A DNA stretch of 64,000 nucleotides, taken from Heterodontus francisci (lineage: Eukaryota). The DNA is taken from positions 5,780,375 to 5,844,374 of the forward strand of contig NC_090387.1 in NCBI RefSeq assembly GCF_036365525.1. The letters run 5' to 3'. The position numbers and the translations under genes were made by a program. Below the pieces are notes generated by a model. It was given only the letters and a program-made list of their open reading frames with translations, did no database searches and had not been told where the DNA came from. Shown piece by piece: positions 1-11,409 of this stretch; positions within the stretch are counted from its first letter, which is position 1; every line of letters begins with the position of its first letter.

Positions 1-35
1 CTTAATGTCTCTACCCAGTCTGCCCTACGTGTGAC

Positions 36-219
36 CAATGTTCCCTCTTAGTTGTGCGGGTGCACGTCTGCTCAGCAGTCTGGAACTTACTGCGCAGGCT
101 GTGCCCAAGAAGCGGCCCCTTTAAGGTGTGCTCATGTGCAGAAGCGTGGCAATCTTAAAGGGACTGTGCAGTGCAACAAATGGACTGTGCACGGTGATGG
201 GAAATTAGAGGGAACATTG
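36..219. mobile_element. Non-autonomous DNA transposon (MITE), probably hAT superfamily
   Basis: Perfect 13-bp terminal inverted repeats CAATGTTCCCTCT (36-48) / AGAGGGAACATTG (207-219), flanked by a perfect 8-bp direct repeat CGTGTGAC (28-35 and 220-227). An 8-bp target-site duplication (TSD) is typical of hAT elements. Confidence 0.88.
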
Positions 220-981
220 CGTGTGACTCTAGTTTATTCTGTGTGATTGATCTCTTTAATGACCTCTGAAGTGGTCTAATAAGCCACTCATTTGTAAAAA
301 GCAAGGCAACTGGGAATGAGTAATAAATGTGCTCTTGGTAATGTTGTCTATATCTCGATAGCAAATAAAAAGATGTCTTTGATAGTTACAAGAGAGACGA
401 GTCTCCTCAAAGTTCCAATTACCTCTTTTCCCTGCATGCAGAGGCGGCGTTAGACAGGAAGATGATTATTGAGAATGTTCATGCAATATAAAAGTAGCTT
501 TTACTTTTTGTTGAAAGGGTCTTTGGAACCCACATGAGAGAGAAATCCATGTGCTAATGCTGCAGGAAATGAGTGTCATCTCAGTGTGCATACACTCCCA
601 GTATAGGGATTCAGTGTTTTTTGAGAGAAACCAGTTGTCCATGTCACTCTTTGTCAAGCTGATTATACTAAAGTTTTATCTTAACCTGTTCCAACCGTCA
701 CAGCAATTTTGACTCGTTTGGTTTCTGAATTTGAGCTCACCATTGGACACCCTGTTGGTTTGAATTTACATGGAGGATTCTGGCAATTAATTTCCCCTAT
801 GAAAGACAGGAGAGAGAGTGTTTACAACATTGCTCCAAGATTGTGGGGACTTCTTCCACTGAAGTTCTACTTGCAGAAATTAATTCCTGTCTGTTGCTCA
901 ATTTTGAATCTTGGCGATGGAGGGCAGCCATGTGTGAAATAGAGATTGAAATAGCCGCATCTGTCATATCTTTCATAATGA

Positions 982-1629
982 CCCACTCCGGGGCACCCCT
1001 CTGCCAGTATTGGCCCACTCCGGGGCACCCCTCTGCCAGTATTGGCCCGCTCCGGGGCACCCCTCTGCCAGTATTGGCCCGCTCCGGGGCACCCCTCCGC
1101 CAGTATTGGCCCGCTCCGGGGCACCCCTCCGCCAGTATTGGCCCGCTCCGGGGCACCCCTCCGCCAGTATTGGCCCGCTCCGGGGCACCCCTCCGCCAGT
1201 ATTGGCCCGCTCCGGGGCACCCCTCCGCCAGTATTGGCCCGCTCCGGGGCACCCCTCCGCCAGTATTGGCCCGCTCCGGGGCACCCCTCCGCCAGTATTG
1301 GCCCGCTCCGGGGCACCCCTCCGCCAGTATTGGCCCGCTCCGGGGCACCCCTCCGCCAGTATTGGCCCGCTCCGGGGCACCCCTCCGCCAGTATTGGCCC
1401 GCTCCGGGGCACCCCTCCGCCAGTATTGGCCCGCTCCGGGGCACCCCTCCGCCAGTATTGGCCCGCTCCGGGGCACCCCTCCGCCAGTATTGGCCCGCTC
1501 CGGGGCACCCCTCCGCCAGTATTGGCCCGCTCCGGGGCACCCCTCCGCCAGTATTGGCCCGCTCCGGGGCACCCCTCCGCCAGTATTGGCCCGCTCCGGG
1601 GCACCCCTCCGCCAGTATTGGCCCACTCC
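982..1629. repeat. 32-bp GC/CpG-rich minisatellite, ~20 copies
   Basis: Unit CCGCTCCGGGGCACCCCTCCGCCAGTATTGGC repeated almost perfectly; it explains the six overlapping repetitive ORFs here. Confidence 0.97.
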
Positions 1630-1825
1630 TGGGCTCTCTTCTCTCCACCCAGCAATCCATATATATAAAATATCAGTTTTTAGAGATGGAGTAGGAATTC
1701 TGGTTGTACCTCCTCGTCCAGGCTCCAGGAGGACAGTTTGGGGGCCACTGAGGCCCCTTGTTGCACCCAAGGTGCTGGGGCCTGTTGCACCGAGACCCAG
1801 TACCACACTGCACTGCGCTTTTTAA

Positions 1826-3795
1826 ATTTGTTTTTTGTGGGATGTGGGTGTCACTGGCAAGGTCAGCATTTATTGCCCATCCCTCATTGCCCTTGAAGTA
1901 AGTGGCTTGCTCGGCCATTTCAAACGGCATTTAAGAGTCAACCACGTTGCTGTGGGTCTGGAGTCACATGTAGGCCAGACCAGAGAAGGACGGCAGATTT
2001 CCTTCCCTAAAGGACAATTAGTAAACCTGATGGGTTCTTGGAACCATCGACAATGGTTTCATGGTCACTATTAGAAGAACATTACAGCGCAGTACAGGCC
2101 CTTCGGCCCTCGATGTTGCGTCGACCTGTGAAACCATCTGACCTACACTATTCCATTTTCATCCATATGTCTATCCAATGACCACTTAAATGCCCTTAAA
2201 GTTGGCGAGTCTACTACTGTTGCAGGCAGGGCGTTCCACGCCCCTACTACTCACTGAGTAAAGAAACTACCTCTAACATCTGTCCTATATCTATCACCCC
2301 TCAACTTAAAGCTATGTCCCCTCGTGTTTGCCATCACCATCCAAGGAAAAAGACTCACTATCCACCCTATCTAACCCTCTGATTATCTTATATGTCTCTA
2401 TTAAGTCACCTCTCCTCCTCCTCCTCTCTAACGAAAACAACCTCAAGTCCCTCAGCCTTTCCTCGTAAGACCTTCCCTCCATACCAGGCAACATCCTAGT
2501 AAATCTCCTCTGCACCCTCTCCAAAGCTTCCACATCCTTCCTATAATGCGGTGACCAGAACTGCATGCAATACTCCAGGTGCGGTCTCACCAGAGTTTTG
2601 TACAGCTGCAGCATGACCTCGTGGCTCCGAAACTCGACCCCCCTACTAATAAAAGCTAACACACCATATGCCTTCTTAACAGCCCTATTAACCTGGGTAG
2701 CAACTTTCAGGGATTTATGTACCTGGACACCAAGATCTCTCTGCTCATCTACACTACCAAGAATCCTCCCATTAGCCCAGTACTCTGCATTCCTGTTACT
2801 CCTTCCAAAGTGAATCACCTCACACATTTCCGCATTAAACTCCATTTGCCATCTCTCAGCCCAGCTCTGCAGCCTATCTATGTCCCTCTGTACCCTACAA
2901 CATCCTTCGGCACTATCCACAACTCCACCGACCTTCGTGTCATCCGCAAATTTACTAACCCACCCTTCAACACCCTCATCCAGGTCATTTATAAAAATGA
3001 CAAACAGCAGTGGCCCCAAAACAGATCCTTGCGGTACACCACTAGTAACTAAACTCCAGGATGAACATTTGCCATCAACCACCACCCTCTGTCTTCTTTC
3101 AGCTAGCCAATTTCTGATCCAAAGCTCTAAATCACCTTCAACCCCATACTTCCATATTTTCTGCAATAGCCTACCGTGGGGAACCTTATCAAACGCCTTA
3201 CTGAAATCCATATACACCACATCCACTGCTTTACCCTCATCCACCTGTTTGGTCACCTTCTCAAAAAACTCAATAAGGTTTGTGAGGCACGACCTACCTT
3301 TCACAAAACCGTGCTGACTATCGCAAATGAACTTATTCTTTTCAAGATGGTTATAAATCCTATCTCTTATAACCTTTTCCAACATTTTACCCACAACCGA
3401 AGTAAGGCTCACAGGTCTATAATTACCAGGGCTGTCTCTACGCCCCTTCTTGAACAAGGGGACAACATTTGCTATCCTCCAGTCTTCCAGCACTATTCCT
3501 GTCGACAATGACGACATAAAGATCAAGGACAAAGGCTCTGCAATCTCCTCCCTGGCTTCCCAGAGAATCCTAGGATAAATCCCATCTGGCCCAGGGGACT
3601 TATCTATTTTCACACTTTCCAAAATTGCTAACATCTCCTCCTTGTGAACCTCAATCCCATCTAGCTTAGTAGTCTGTATCTCAGTATTCTCCTTGACAAC
3701 ATTTTCTTTCTCTACTGTAAATACTGACGAAAAATATTCATTTAACGCTTCTCCTATCCCCTATTAGACTCGCTTTTAATTCTGGATTTTTTTTT
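1826..3795 (-). mobile_element. tRNA-derived SINE ('family B', same as 8325-8732), split by a CR1 insertion
   Basis: 1826-2075 closely matches 8330-8570; the SINE sequence resumes after 3761. Confidence 0.7.
2076..3760 (-). mobile_element. Young 5'-truncated CR1-clade LINE (RT domain and 3' end)
   Basis: 440-aa ORF 3634-2312 with [26 protein letters not shown] and KFADD motifs; 8-bp TSD CTATTAGA at 2068-2075 and 3761-3768. Confidence 0.95.
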
Positions 3796-4644
3796 TACTC
3801 ACTCAGCCTTTGGTAAATCTGATCATGGACCTTGTGCTTGTTTGAAAGTATTTTCTGCAGGTTTGTGATGATGCTGAGGAGTCCTGACCGTCAGAATCGT
3901 CTCTCGGAGGCAGCCATTTCTGAGTAGGGAACTGATTAAAAGCTGTGGGTCATTACCCTTTGGGTGACTTCTAGATTCACTTAATGTAAATTGAATCAGT
4001 GACCTTGGGACAATGGGGAATATGTCTGTGGATTAGTGAATAGAAATCTCACTCCACCTCCCACCCACCGCTGCTCGTCATCGTGGCTTCAAGTGCCAGA
4101 TAAGGTCTTGTGTGAAGTTAAATGCCAAAGCAGTAGATCTGAAATAAACAATGCAGTAAGTCAGATAGGAAGAGAAAAGGAAGGTGAGTATTTTACATAG
4201 AATCGTACAGCAAAGAAAAAGGCCATTCAGCCCAAGTGGAGTATATGCTTCGCACAAGCCTTCTCCCAACCTCTCATTTGTTGCACCCAATCAACATATT
4301 CTTTTATTCCTTTCACCTCAACTACTCCACATGGTAGCAAGTTCCACATTCCAACCACTCTCTGGATAACATAATTTCTCTTGAATTCCGATTGGGTTTA
4401 TTAGTCACTATTTTAGTTTCTTGCTTTTATAAACAAAGACAGGAAGTTATGCCAAACCTGAATTAAAGACTAGTTTGGCTTCAGCTGCAGTATTGTTTCC
4501 GATTCTGGACACCAAACTTTAGGAAGGATGTCAAAGAGAGATCCAAAGGTTTTGGCTGGTGATACTTCATTTCAAAGCCTAGCTCTCCATCAGATGTCAA
4601 TTGACCTGTGTATTTAAAGTATTTTCTTTATTTATTTAAGTGTT

Positions 4645-6780
4645 GGGACAGTTTAGTTTCTCCCCCAGCCCCAATGTTTCTCCCAAAGTTCAGGAGTGTG
4701 GGGCTGAAGTGCAACCAAAACTTGAGGAGCAGCCCCTTTAAATACCCGAACAGGCTGCAACTTCACACACTCCATAAACACATGGAACACGGACTCGTCC
4801 AGGCAGCAGAAATTACAGGCGGCCTGGGAGTCCATGAAGCTACTTAACAGTCTATTGCACGGGACTGCCCTGTGCAACACCCTCCACCCCAGGTCCCCGA
4901 TGTAAAGGGGAGGACTCCCGCGTAGAGAGACCTCCATCGGGGTTTTCCCTCACCGCCGGATGGCAACGCGGACCGCCAGGGCGTGTCCAGGTGACTGACA
5001 AGGGTGAGGAAGCGGAGAGTGTGCAGGAGGTGTCCGTACAGGAAACCCCTCCACGCTGTTTGGAATGGCACGGAGGGTGTTTCCAAGAGGCGGCTCGGGT
5101 TGTGCGGGACCGGCTGCCAAGGGGGGTTTTGGGGCTTGGGACCAATGAGCAGTTCTGGCTGAGCGGGGGTCAGCTCGGCCGGGAGCGCTCTGCACTCCTG
5201 AGACACTCGTTACCCGCAGTGAGGGGCGTCCTGGGGGCTTCGGCTACTCTTCCGCCCGTCAGACCCTCCCCAGAGTCGGTCGCCCGGACAGCCGAGGCGC
5301 TCTCCTCCGCCGGTGGGGGAGGTCTGAAAAGGTCTGCTGGCAGTCGCACATCCTCCGCTAGCCAGCGGGATCTGTGACCGCGAGGAGCACATCATTGGCA
5401 TAAGCCGAGAGGATGACTCGCGCAGAGTCAAGCCCGTCAACCTCCTGCGAAGCAGACACAGGAAAGGCTCCGCGCAGATGGTATACAATTGGCCAGACAT
5501 GGGGTATCCCTGACGCACTCCTCTCCCAAAGCGAAGGGGTGCCTTCAAGGCCCTGTTAACTTTGCCCAGACGCTCTGCAGCGGCGTATAAAAGTCTGACA
5601 CGGGCTACAAAATGCGGCCCGAGTTCAAATGCGCGCAGAGTCTCGAAAAGATATTTGTGATCCACCCTGTCAAATGCCTTCTCCTGATCGAAGGAAAAGT
5701 AACCGACAGACCAGTCGTCTGGGAAAGATGGATCAGGTTCTGGACCAGGTGGATGCTGTCCTGGATGGACCAGCCCGGGACCGTGTTGGACTAATGCCGA
5801 AGAGGGGCACACCAGAACTGGTGTCTGGTCTCCCTCCTCAGCACAGATTATAAGATCTTTGCCCGGGCTAAGTCTACTCACCTGGGCTCCGTGCTGGCCC
5901 ACATGATCCACCCTGATTGGAGTGCTGCACTGTCGGAGGGTCAGTACTGCCTTTCCCCCAGGAACAGCGCGTAATCGCACCCCCCCCCCCCCCCCCAGGA
6001 CGTCCCAGAACGCCCTGAGATCTCCACGGTCAGCCCGTCCAGCCCTGGGGATTTGCCCCTCGACAGCTGGTGGAGGGCACCGGTCAGTTCCACCAACGTG
6101 AGCAGAGCCTCCCATCCTTCGGCGCCCTCCAAGCTGACCTTCAGCAGGCCTTCCCACAAAACTATACGCGCGTCCTCGTTGGACGAATCCGGAGAGAACG
6201 ACGCACTGTAATAGGTACGGACCAGGAGGCCCATTCCGTCCGGATCCTTCAGAGCCTCGCCCTCCCCTCCACGCAGGGCACCTGACCCAGTGGCAGATGG
6301 GAAGGCTTCTTCAGGAGTGTCCCTGGGCACCCCCTCCACAAGCAGGACTCGACTCGCTCCCTCAGGAGGGGCTACATCTACAGGGATCTCCTACTTCCCT
6401 CCAACCTGAAAAGTAGGGAGCTCCTGCCCAGACTTTACAGCCTTGATGGTGGTGGTGGCAGGGGAAACCTGGGGACTCGAATCAGGAGACAGCTTCCCTC
6501 CAGCAAATCGGCCCTGTCCCTCAGGGCCCTGTGTTACCTGAGGGCGGGTGGGTTCTCTGAGATCGGGCCTTGGGCTGAGATCAGGTTCGGGTTGAGCCAC
6601 AGTATCCAGGGGACATGCCTCTCGCTGTTTATTTTTTCTTTGCGTCTTCCTTCCATTCGGATAGGTACTCCCTTCCCTGCCGGAGGCTGTGTAAACCACC
6701 TGAGTGGTGTCCGTTTGAGGTGTAGGGGGAGTGGGAGGAGGTGCAGCGGTGCCACCTGGGGCCGCCGAGGTGGAGTTGAG
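4645..6780 (-). mobile_element. Rearranged, degenerate Tx1-clade LINE (RT/C-terminal zinc-finger part, internal inversion, probable ORF1-region piece)
   Basis: Collinear with the element at 30290-33925 (DQEKAFDRVDH, GVRQG, CNFCCLDESVFH); 5793-5916 lies in the opposite orientation. Confidence 0.88.
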
Positions 6781-6786
6781 CATAAC

Positions 6787-7162
6787 CGGAGACTTGAGCA
6801 TAAAATCTAGGCTGAAGCTCCCAGTGTAGTACTGAGCACTGTGTTTTGGATAAGTCTTTAAATCGAAGCCCTGTCTGCCCCCTCTTACAGTGGATGTAAG
6901 AATTCCGCAGCACTGTCCAATGAGCGGGAGAATTCTCTCCTGTGTCCCAGGCCAATATTGATCTCTCCAGCAATATCACTAATTATCTGGAGGATCAGAT
7001 TATCCGGTCATTATCACATTGCTGTTTGTGGGAGCTTGCTGTGCGCAAATTGGCTGCCGTGTTTCCAGCATTACAACAGTGACTACACAAACCCTTCATT
7101 AGCTGTGAAGCACTTTGGAGCATCCTGAGGTTGTGAAAGGTGCTATATCAATGTAAGTCCTT
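6787..7162 (+). mobile_element. SacSINE1-like DeuSINE (no internal array)
   Basis: Deu-domain-like body (TGTCCCAGGCCAATATT...GCTTGCTGTGCGCAAATTGGCTGCC) and L2-like tail (TGTGAAGCACTTTGG...GAAAGGTGCTATAT). Confidence 0.75.
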
Positions 7163-7519
7163 AATCTGTTTATGATATTCGTTATGGGGTTGCTATCGTC
7201 CAGGAAACAGGGAGAACTCTGCTACACTTTGAACAGTGCCATGTGATGGCTGCACTTGCTTTCTGCTTTCTAGGTTGAAGTTTTCAATTCTTGGTAAACT
7301 GTTGGAGAGTTCATTCCTCTCTCTCTGGCCTGTTAAGCTGCTGTTTTCCTGTTTTGTGGAGTTGCCTTTGAAGATTTGAAATTCCAACAAAATTCTGATT
7401 TTCTCCCACTTGAAAGTGGGAACAGGAGGAGCTGGAAATGAATAATTCGTTGTGTCTGGTGATCTGAACACCTGGGTGTGGGGCAGACTTTGAGAAGTTT
7501 TCTTTTTTTTTAAAAAAAA

Positions 7520-8105
7520 AAGCATATGGGATCCTTGGCTTTATGAACAGAGGCATAGTGTGCAGAAGCAAGGAAGTTCGAAAACCCTAGTTAGACTGCA
7601 GCTGGGGTACTGAGCCTAACTCTGGGCTCTGCATTTTAGGAAGGAGAGGGTGCGGAGGGCATTTACCAGAATGGGCCCAGGGATGAGGAGCTTCAGTAAT
7701 GTGGAGAGACGGGAGAAGCTGGGGTCGTTCTCCTTTAGAACAGAGAAGGTTCTGTGGAGATTTACTAGAGGTAAATCAAAGTTGTGAGCGGTTTTGCTGG
7801 AGTAAATAAGGAGTGTTGGTAACCAGAGGGCTCAGATTTAAGATCATTGGCAGAAAAAAAAGGAGGAAGATGAGAAATGTTTTTTACGCAGCGAGTTGCT
7901 CTATTCTGGAATGTGCTGCCTGAAAGGGTGATGCCAGCAGGTTCAACAGGAATTTCCAAAAGATGAAGTGGCTAAATACTTGAAAGGGAAAAATTGTCGG
8001 GCTATGGGGAAAACACAAGAGAGCGGGACTAATAGTGTAACTCTTTCAAAGAGCTGGCACGGACACAATGGGCTTTTAATGACCTCCTCCTGTGCTATAA
8101 GATTT
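7520..8105 (+). mobile_element. Degenerate CR1 3' fragment
   Basis: Matches the CR1 ORF2 C-terminal region and 3' tail seen in other copies in the window. Confidence 0.75.
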
Positions 8106-8324
8106 GATAATTAAAGGGGCACTGACTTCAAAAAGACAGTTTGGCCAATGTTCAGAGAGGCAGATGAACTGCCTGTTTCGAAATTCCCAGTCTCTATGTG
8201 TGGACGTGGTTGGAAACGGCATTCCGGTGGGAAGGGGGAGGTTTTTTTTTTGTGACCAAACACTTGGCGATGTAGGCAACAACTAGAGAGGTGGCAACTG
8301 AAGCCTGAGAAAGTACCTTTTTTA

Positions 8325-8732
8325 AAAATTCTTTCATGGGATGTGGGACGTCACTGGCAAGGTCAGCATTTGTTGCCCATCTGGAATTGCCCTTGACAAC
8401 TGAGTGGCTTGCTGGGTCATTTCAGATGGCGGTTAAGAGTCAACCACATTTCTGTGGGTCTGGAGTCACATGTAGGCCAGACCAGGTAAGGACAGCAGAT
8501 TTACTTCCCTAAAGGACATTCGTGAACCAGATGTGGTTTTACAACAATCAGTGATGGTTTCATGGCACCATTTCTGCTTTCAATTCCAGATTTTTATTAA
8601 TTGCTTGAATTTATTAATTGAATTTAAATTCCACTAGCTGCTGTGGTGGGATTTGAACCCCTGTCCCCAGGGCATTAGCCTGGGCCTGTGGATTACTAGT
8701 TCAGCGATATTACCCCTACTCCACTGCCTCCC
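8325..8732 (-). mobile_element. Full-length tRNA-derived SINE ('family B')
   Basis: Minus-strand head GGGAGGCAGTGGAGTAGGG... with B-box GGTTCAAATCC; its 3' tail is shared with the LINE at 41490-42172. Confidence 0.8.
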
Positions 8733-9659
8733 TTTACCTGATGATGCAACTGCTATTTAGCAGGAGGCAGCGATGAAGCCTGGGATCTTCCTGGGCAGAT
8801 TGGCTTTGTCTGTGTGTTTCATCCCCACTGAGTTTGGGGGAGGAGCTCTGCAAACTTTTATTCTGCAACCTTGCAGCCAAACTAGGGTAGTCCCATAGTC
8901 AAACCGGTGCCATAGTTTAGGATGCAAAACTTGGCCAGACTGTGCCTTCCACAATTAATTTGCAAGATTATAAAGGCATTTGATCTCTGTATAGAGTTGA
9001 ATGATTTATTCTCATTTGGGAGGGTAGTAATTGATTATCATTCCTTGTTTGCAGGTGACAGATTGACCTTGGTGCTATAGCTGAGAATTGTTTTGAACGC
9101 TGCTGTATTATCAGACCTGTAATCGGGTCTGAAAGATCTTGCTCAGAATTTGGCAGTAACCGTACAGTAGATTGTGCCACATTCCACCCTGACCTCTCGG
9201 GGAATGTGACCTCTAGCTAATCAACTCTTTTATTGCAAGAAAAATTCCAACAGCAGAAAGAGGAAGGTGGCTGACAGTCGTTGTACGTTGTTGTGTGACA
9301 TTTCTGCTGGCTTGAAGTTTGGCTGCTGTGTAACTATTGCAGCTCGAGGTTTGCTCAACTGAACTGAGAAACATCCAACCTTTTGATTACAGGCTGTGTC
9401 CCTCCAGACTAAGATTGCGTCTGCAGAGAGTTGTGTGTAACGCTGGAATGGGTACAGGACTGTCACTGGTCACAGCAGTTTGAGAACAGTTTTATCTTAA
9501 CAAAATCGCGACAATAAAAATCATGGGCTGGAGTTTTTTACTGCCTGTTGTGCCTCAGTATCACAGTGACCAGTGTCACTGTTCCTCCTGACTTTTCCCT
9601 TGTCCCAACGACACCGTATATAAACGTGGCCATGATGGTTTCCAAGTAAGTCCATGTTC

Positions 9660-10545
9660 GCCATAGCTCAGTGGGTAGTAGCTTTCGCACCTGAGAGAAA
9701 GTTGTGGGTTTGAGTCCCACCCAAAAATCCAGGCTGACTCACTCAGTGGAGTACTGAGGGAGTGCTGCACTGTCGGAGGGTCAGTACTGAGGGAGTGCTG
9801 CACTGTCGGAGGGTCAGTATTGAGGGAGTGCTGCACTGTCGGAGGGTCAGTACTGAGGGAGTGCTGCACTGTCGGAGGGTCAGTACTGAGGGAGTGCTGC
9901 GCTGTCGGAGGGTCAGTACTGAGGGAGTGCTGCGCTGTCGGAGGGTCAGTACTGAGGGAGTGCTGCGCTGTCGGAGGGTCAGTACTGAGGGAGTGCTGCG
10001 CTGTCGGAGGGTCAGTACTGAGGGAGTGCTGCGCTGTCGGAGGGTCAGTACTGAGGGAGTGCTGCACTGTTGGAGGGTCAGTACTGAAGGGAGTGCTGCA
10101 CTGTCGGAGGGTCAGTACTGAAGGGAGTGCTGCACTGTCGGAGGGTCAGTACTGAAGGGAGTGCTGCACTGTCGGAGGGTCAGTACTGAAGGGAGTGCTG
10201 CACTGTCGGAGGGTCAGTACTGAAGGGAGTGCTGCACTGTTATAGGTGCTGTCTTTCTGATGAGATGTTAAACAGAGCCCTTGCTTGATTTTTTGGGTGG
10301 ATGTAAAAGATTCCACAGCTCTATTGGAAGTCGAACAGGAGAGTTATCCAGGCGTCCTGTCCGATATTTATCCCTGGAGCAAACCTAAAGAACGTATTAT
10401 TTGGTTATTTAGCACATTGCTGTATCGGGGAGCTTGCTGTATGCAAATTGGTTGCTGCATTTCCTGCAATACAACAGTAAACACGCTGCACAAATACCTC
10501 ATTGATTATAAAGCTCTTGATAAATGCTGTTAAGTGCAAGTCATT
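9660..10545 (+). mobile_element. SacSINE1-like DeuSINE carrying an internal 33-bp array
   Basis: tRNA-like head (TAGCTCAGTGGGTAG...GGTTTGAGTCCC), array at 9750-10240, then GGTGCTGTCTTTCTGATGAGATGTTAAAC Deu-like body. Confidence 0.82.
9750..10240 (+). repeat. 33-bp SINE-derived minisatellite, ~15 copies
   Basis: Unit CAGTACTGAGGGAGTGCTGCACTGTCGGAGGGT; the last units carry one extra A. Confidence 0.97.
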
Positions 10546-11409
10546 TTCTCCAATCTCTCCTTGTCTCACCTGCCATAATAATGATCCATCACACGTCTTC
10601 AAGCATTTCTCTGTCCCTTCCCCACTCCCTTCCCCTCCTCTACCTTCTCCTTGCCCTCCTACATTCTCCCACTCCTCTACAATCCATTGAAGTCCATCTA
10701 TAAGGTAATAGTTGATAAGGCCGTGGGCACTTGCTGCTAAATTTCCATTCAGTTTGTTATTTGTTTGTATTCCTGTACTCTCCTCCTTTCCTGAATGTCA
10801 CATTGTAAATTCTGTCCGGGTCCCTCAGTATTGAGCTGGTTTATTGTGGACGAGTGAACTGGAGATACCGAGACCTTCCTACAGTGAAGTGCAGTATCTG
10901 AAACTCTAGCAATGCCCAGGGCCTCTCCGACTCTCCCCTCGGCTGCAGTCTGAAGTTCGCTTTATTGATGTTTGGAATGCGGGCTTCACTGGCAAGACTG
11001 GCATTTATTGCACATCCCGAGTTGCCCTTGAGAAGGTGGTGAACCACTAACAGTTGGTACAGCCTTGGTTTTCTATTATAATAGATGTTGCTATGAAAGG
11101 AAAACTGTCGTTATCACTAAGTTACATTCCTTTCTAATTCACATTTCAAACAATATCCTTCAATATCTCGCCACTGTGAGATCTAGACCCAACTGTGTAA
11201 GCTTGCAAACTGGTTCTGTCTAATTAAAACAGTGCAACTTGCTTAAATACACCTCAAGCAACATTTCCATTTAAGTAACTGACCCCTCAATTCAGAAAGA
11301 AACTGTTAGTCGTACTGTTTGTAACCTTAAAATTCAGGAGTGAAACTAGGAACCATTTTGTCACCCACAGGGGGGTAGAAACACTCTCTCAAAAAGCAGT
11401 CGCTGCTCA

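Noticed and set aside
982-1629. CRISPR-like appearance of the 32-33-bp repeats (also 9750-10240 and 56008-57730)
   Set aside because: Units are head-to-tail with no unique spacers, there are no cas genes, and the context is vertebrate.
797-1825. Six overlapping 200-290 aa ORFs
   Set aside because: They result from a stop-free 32-bp tandem repeat read in all frames.
9660-9725. tRNA genes at SINE heads (also 47540-47608 and 8650-8732)
   Set aside because: A/B-box-like motifs run into SINE bodies and no complete cloverleaf is evident.
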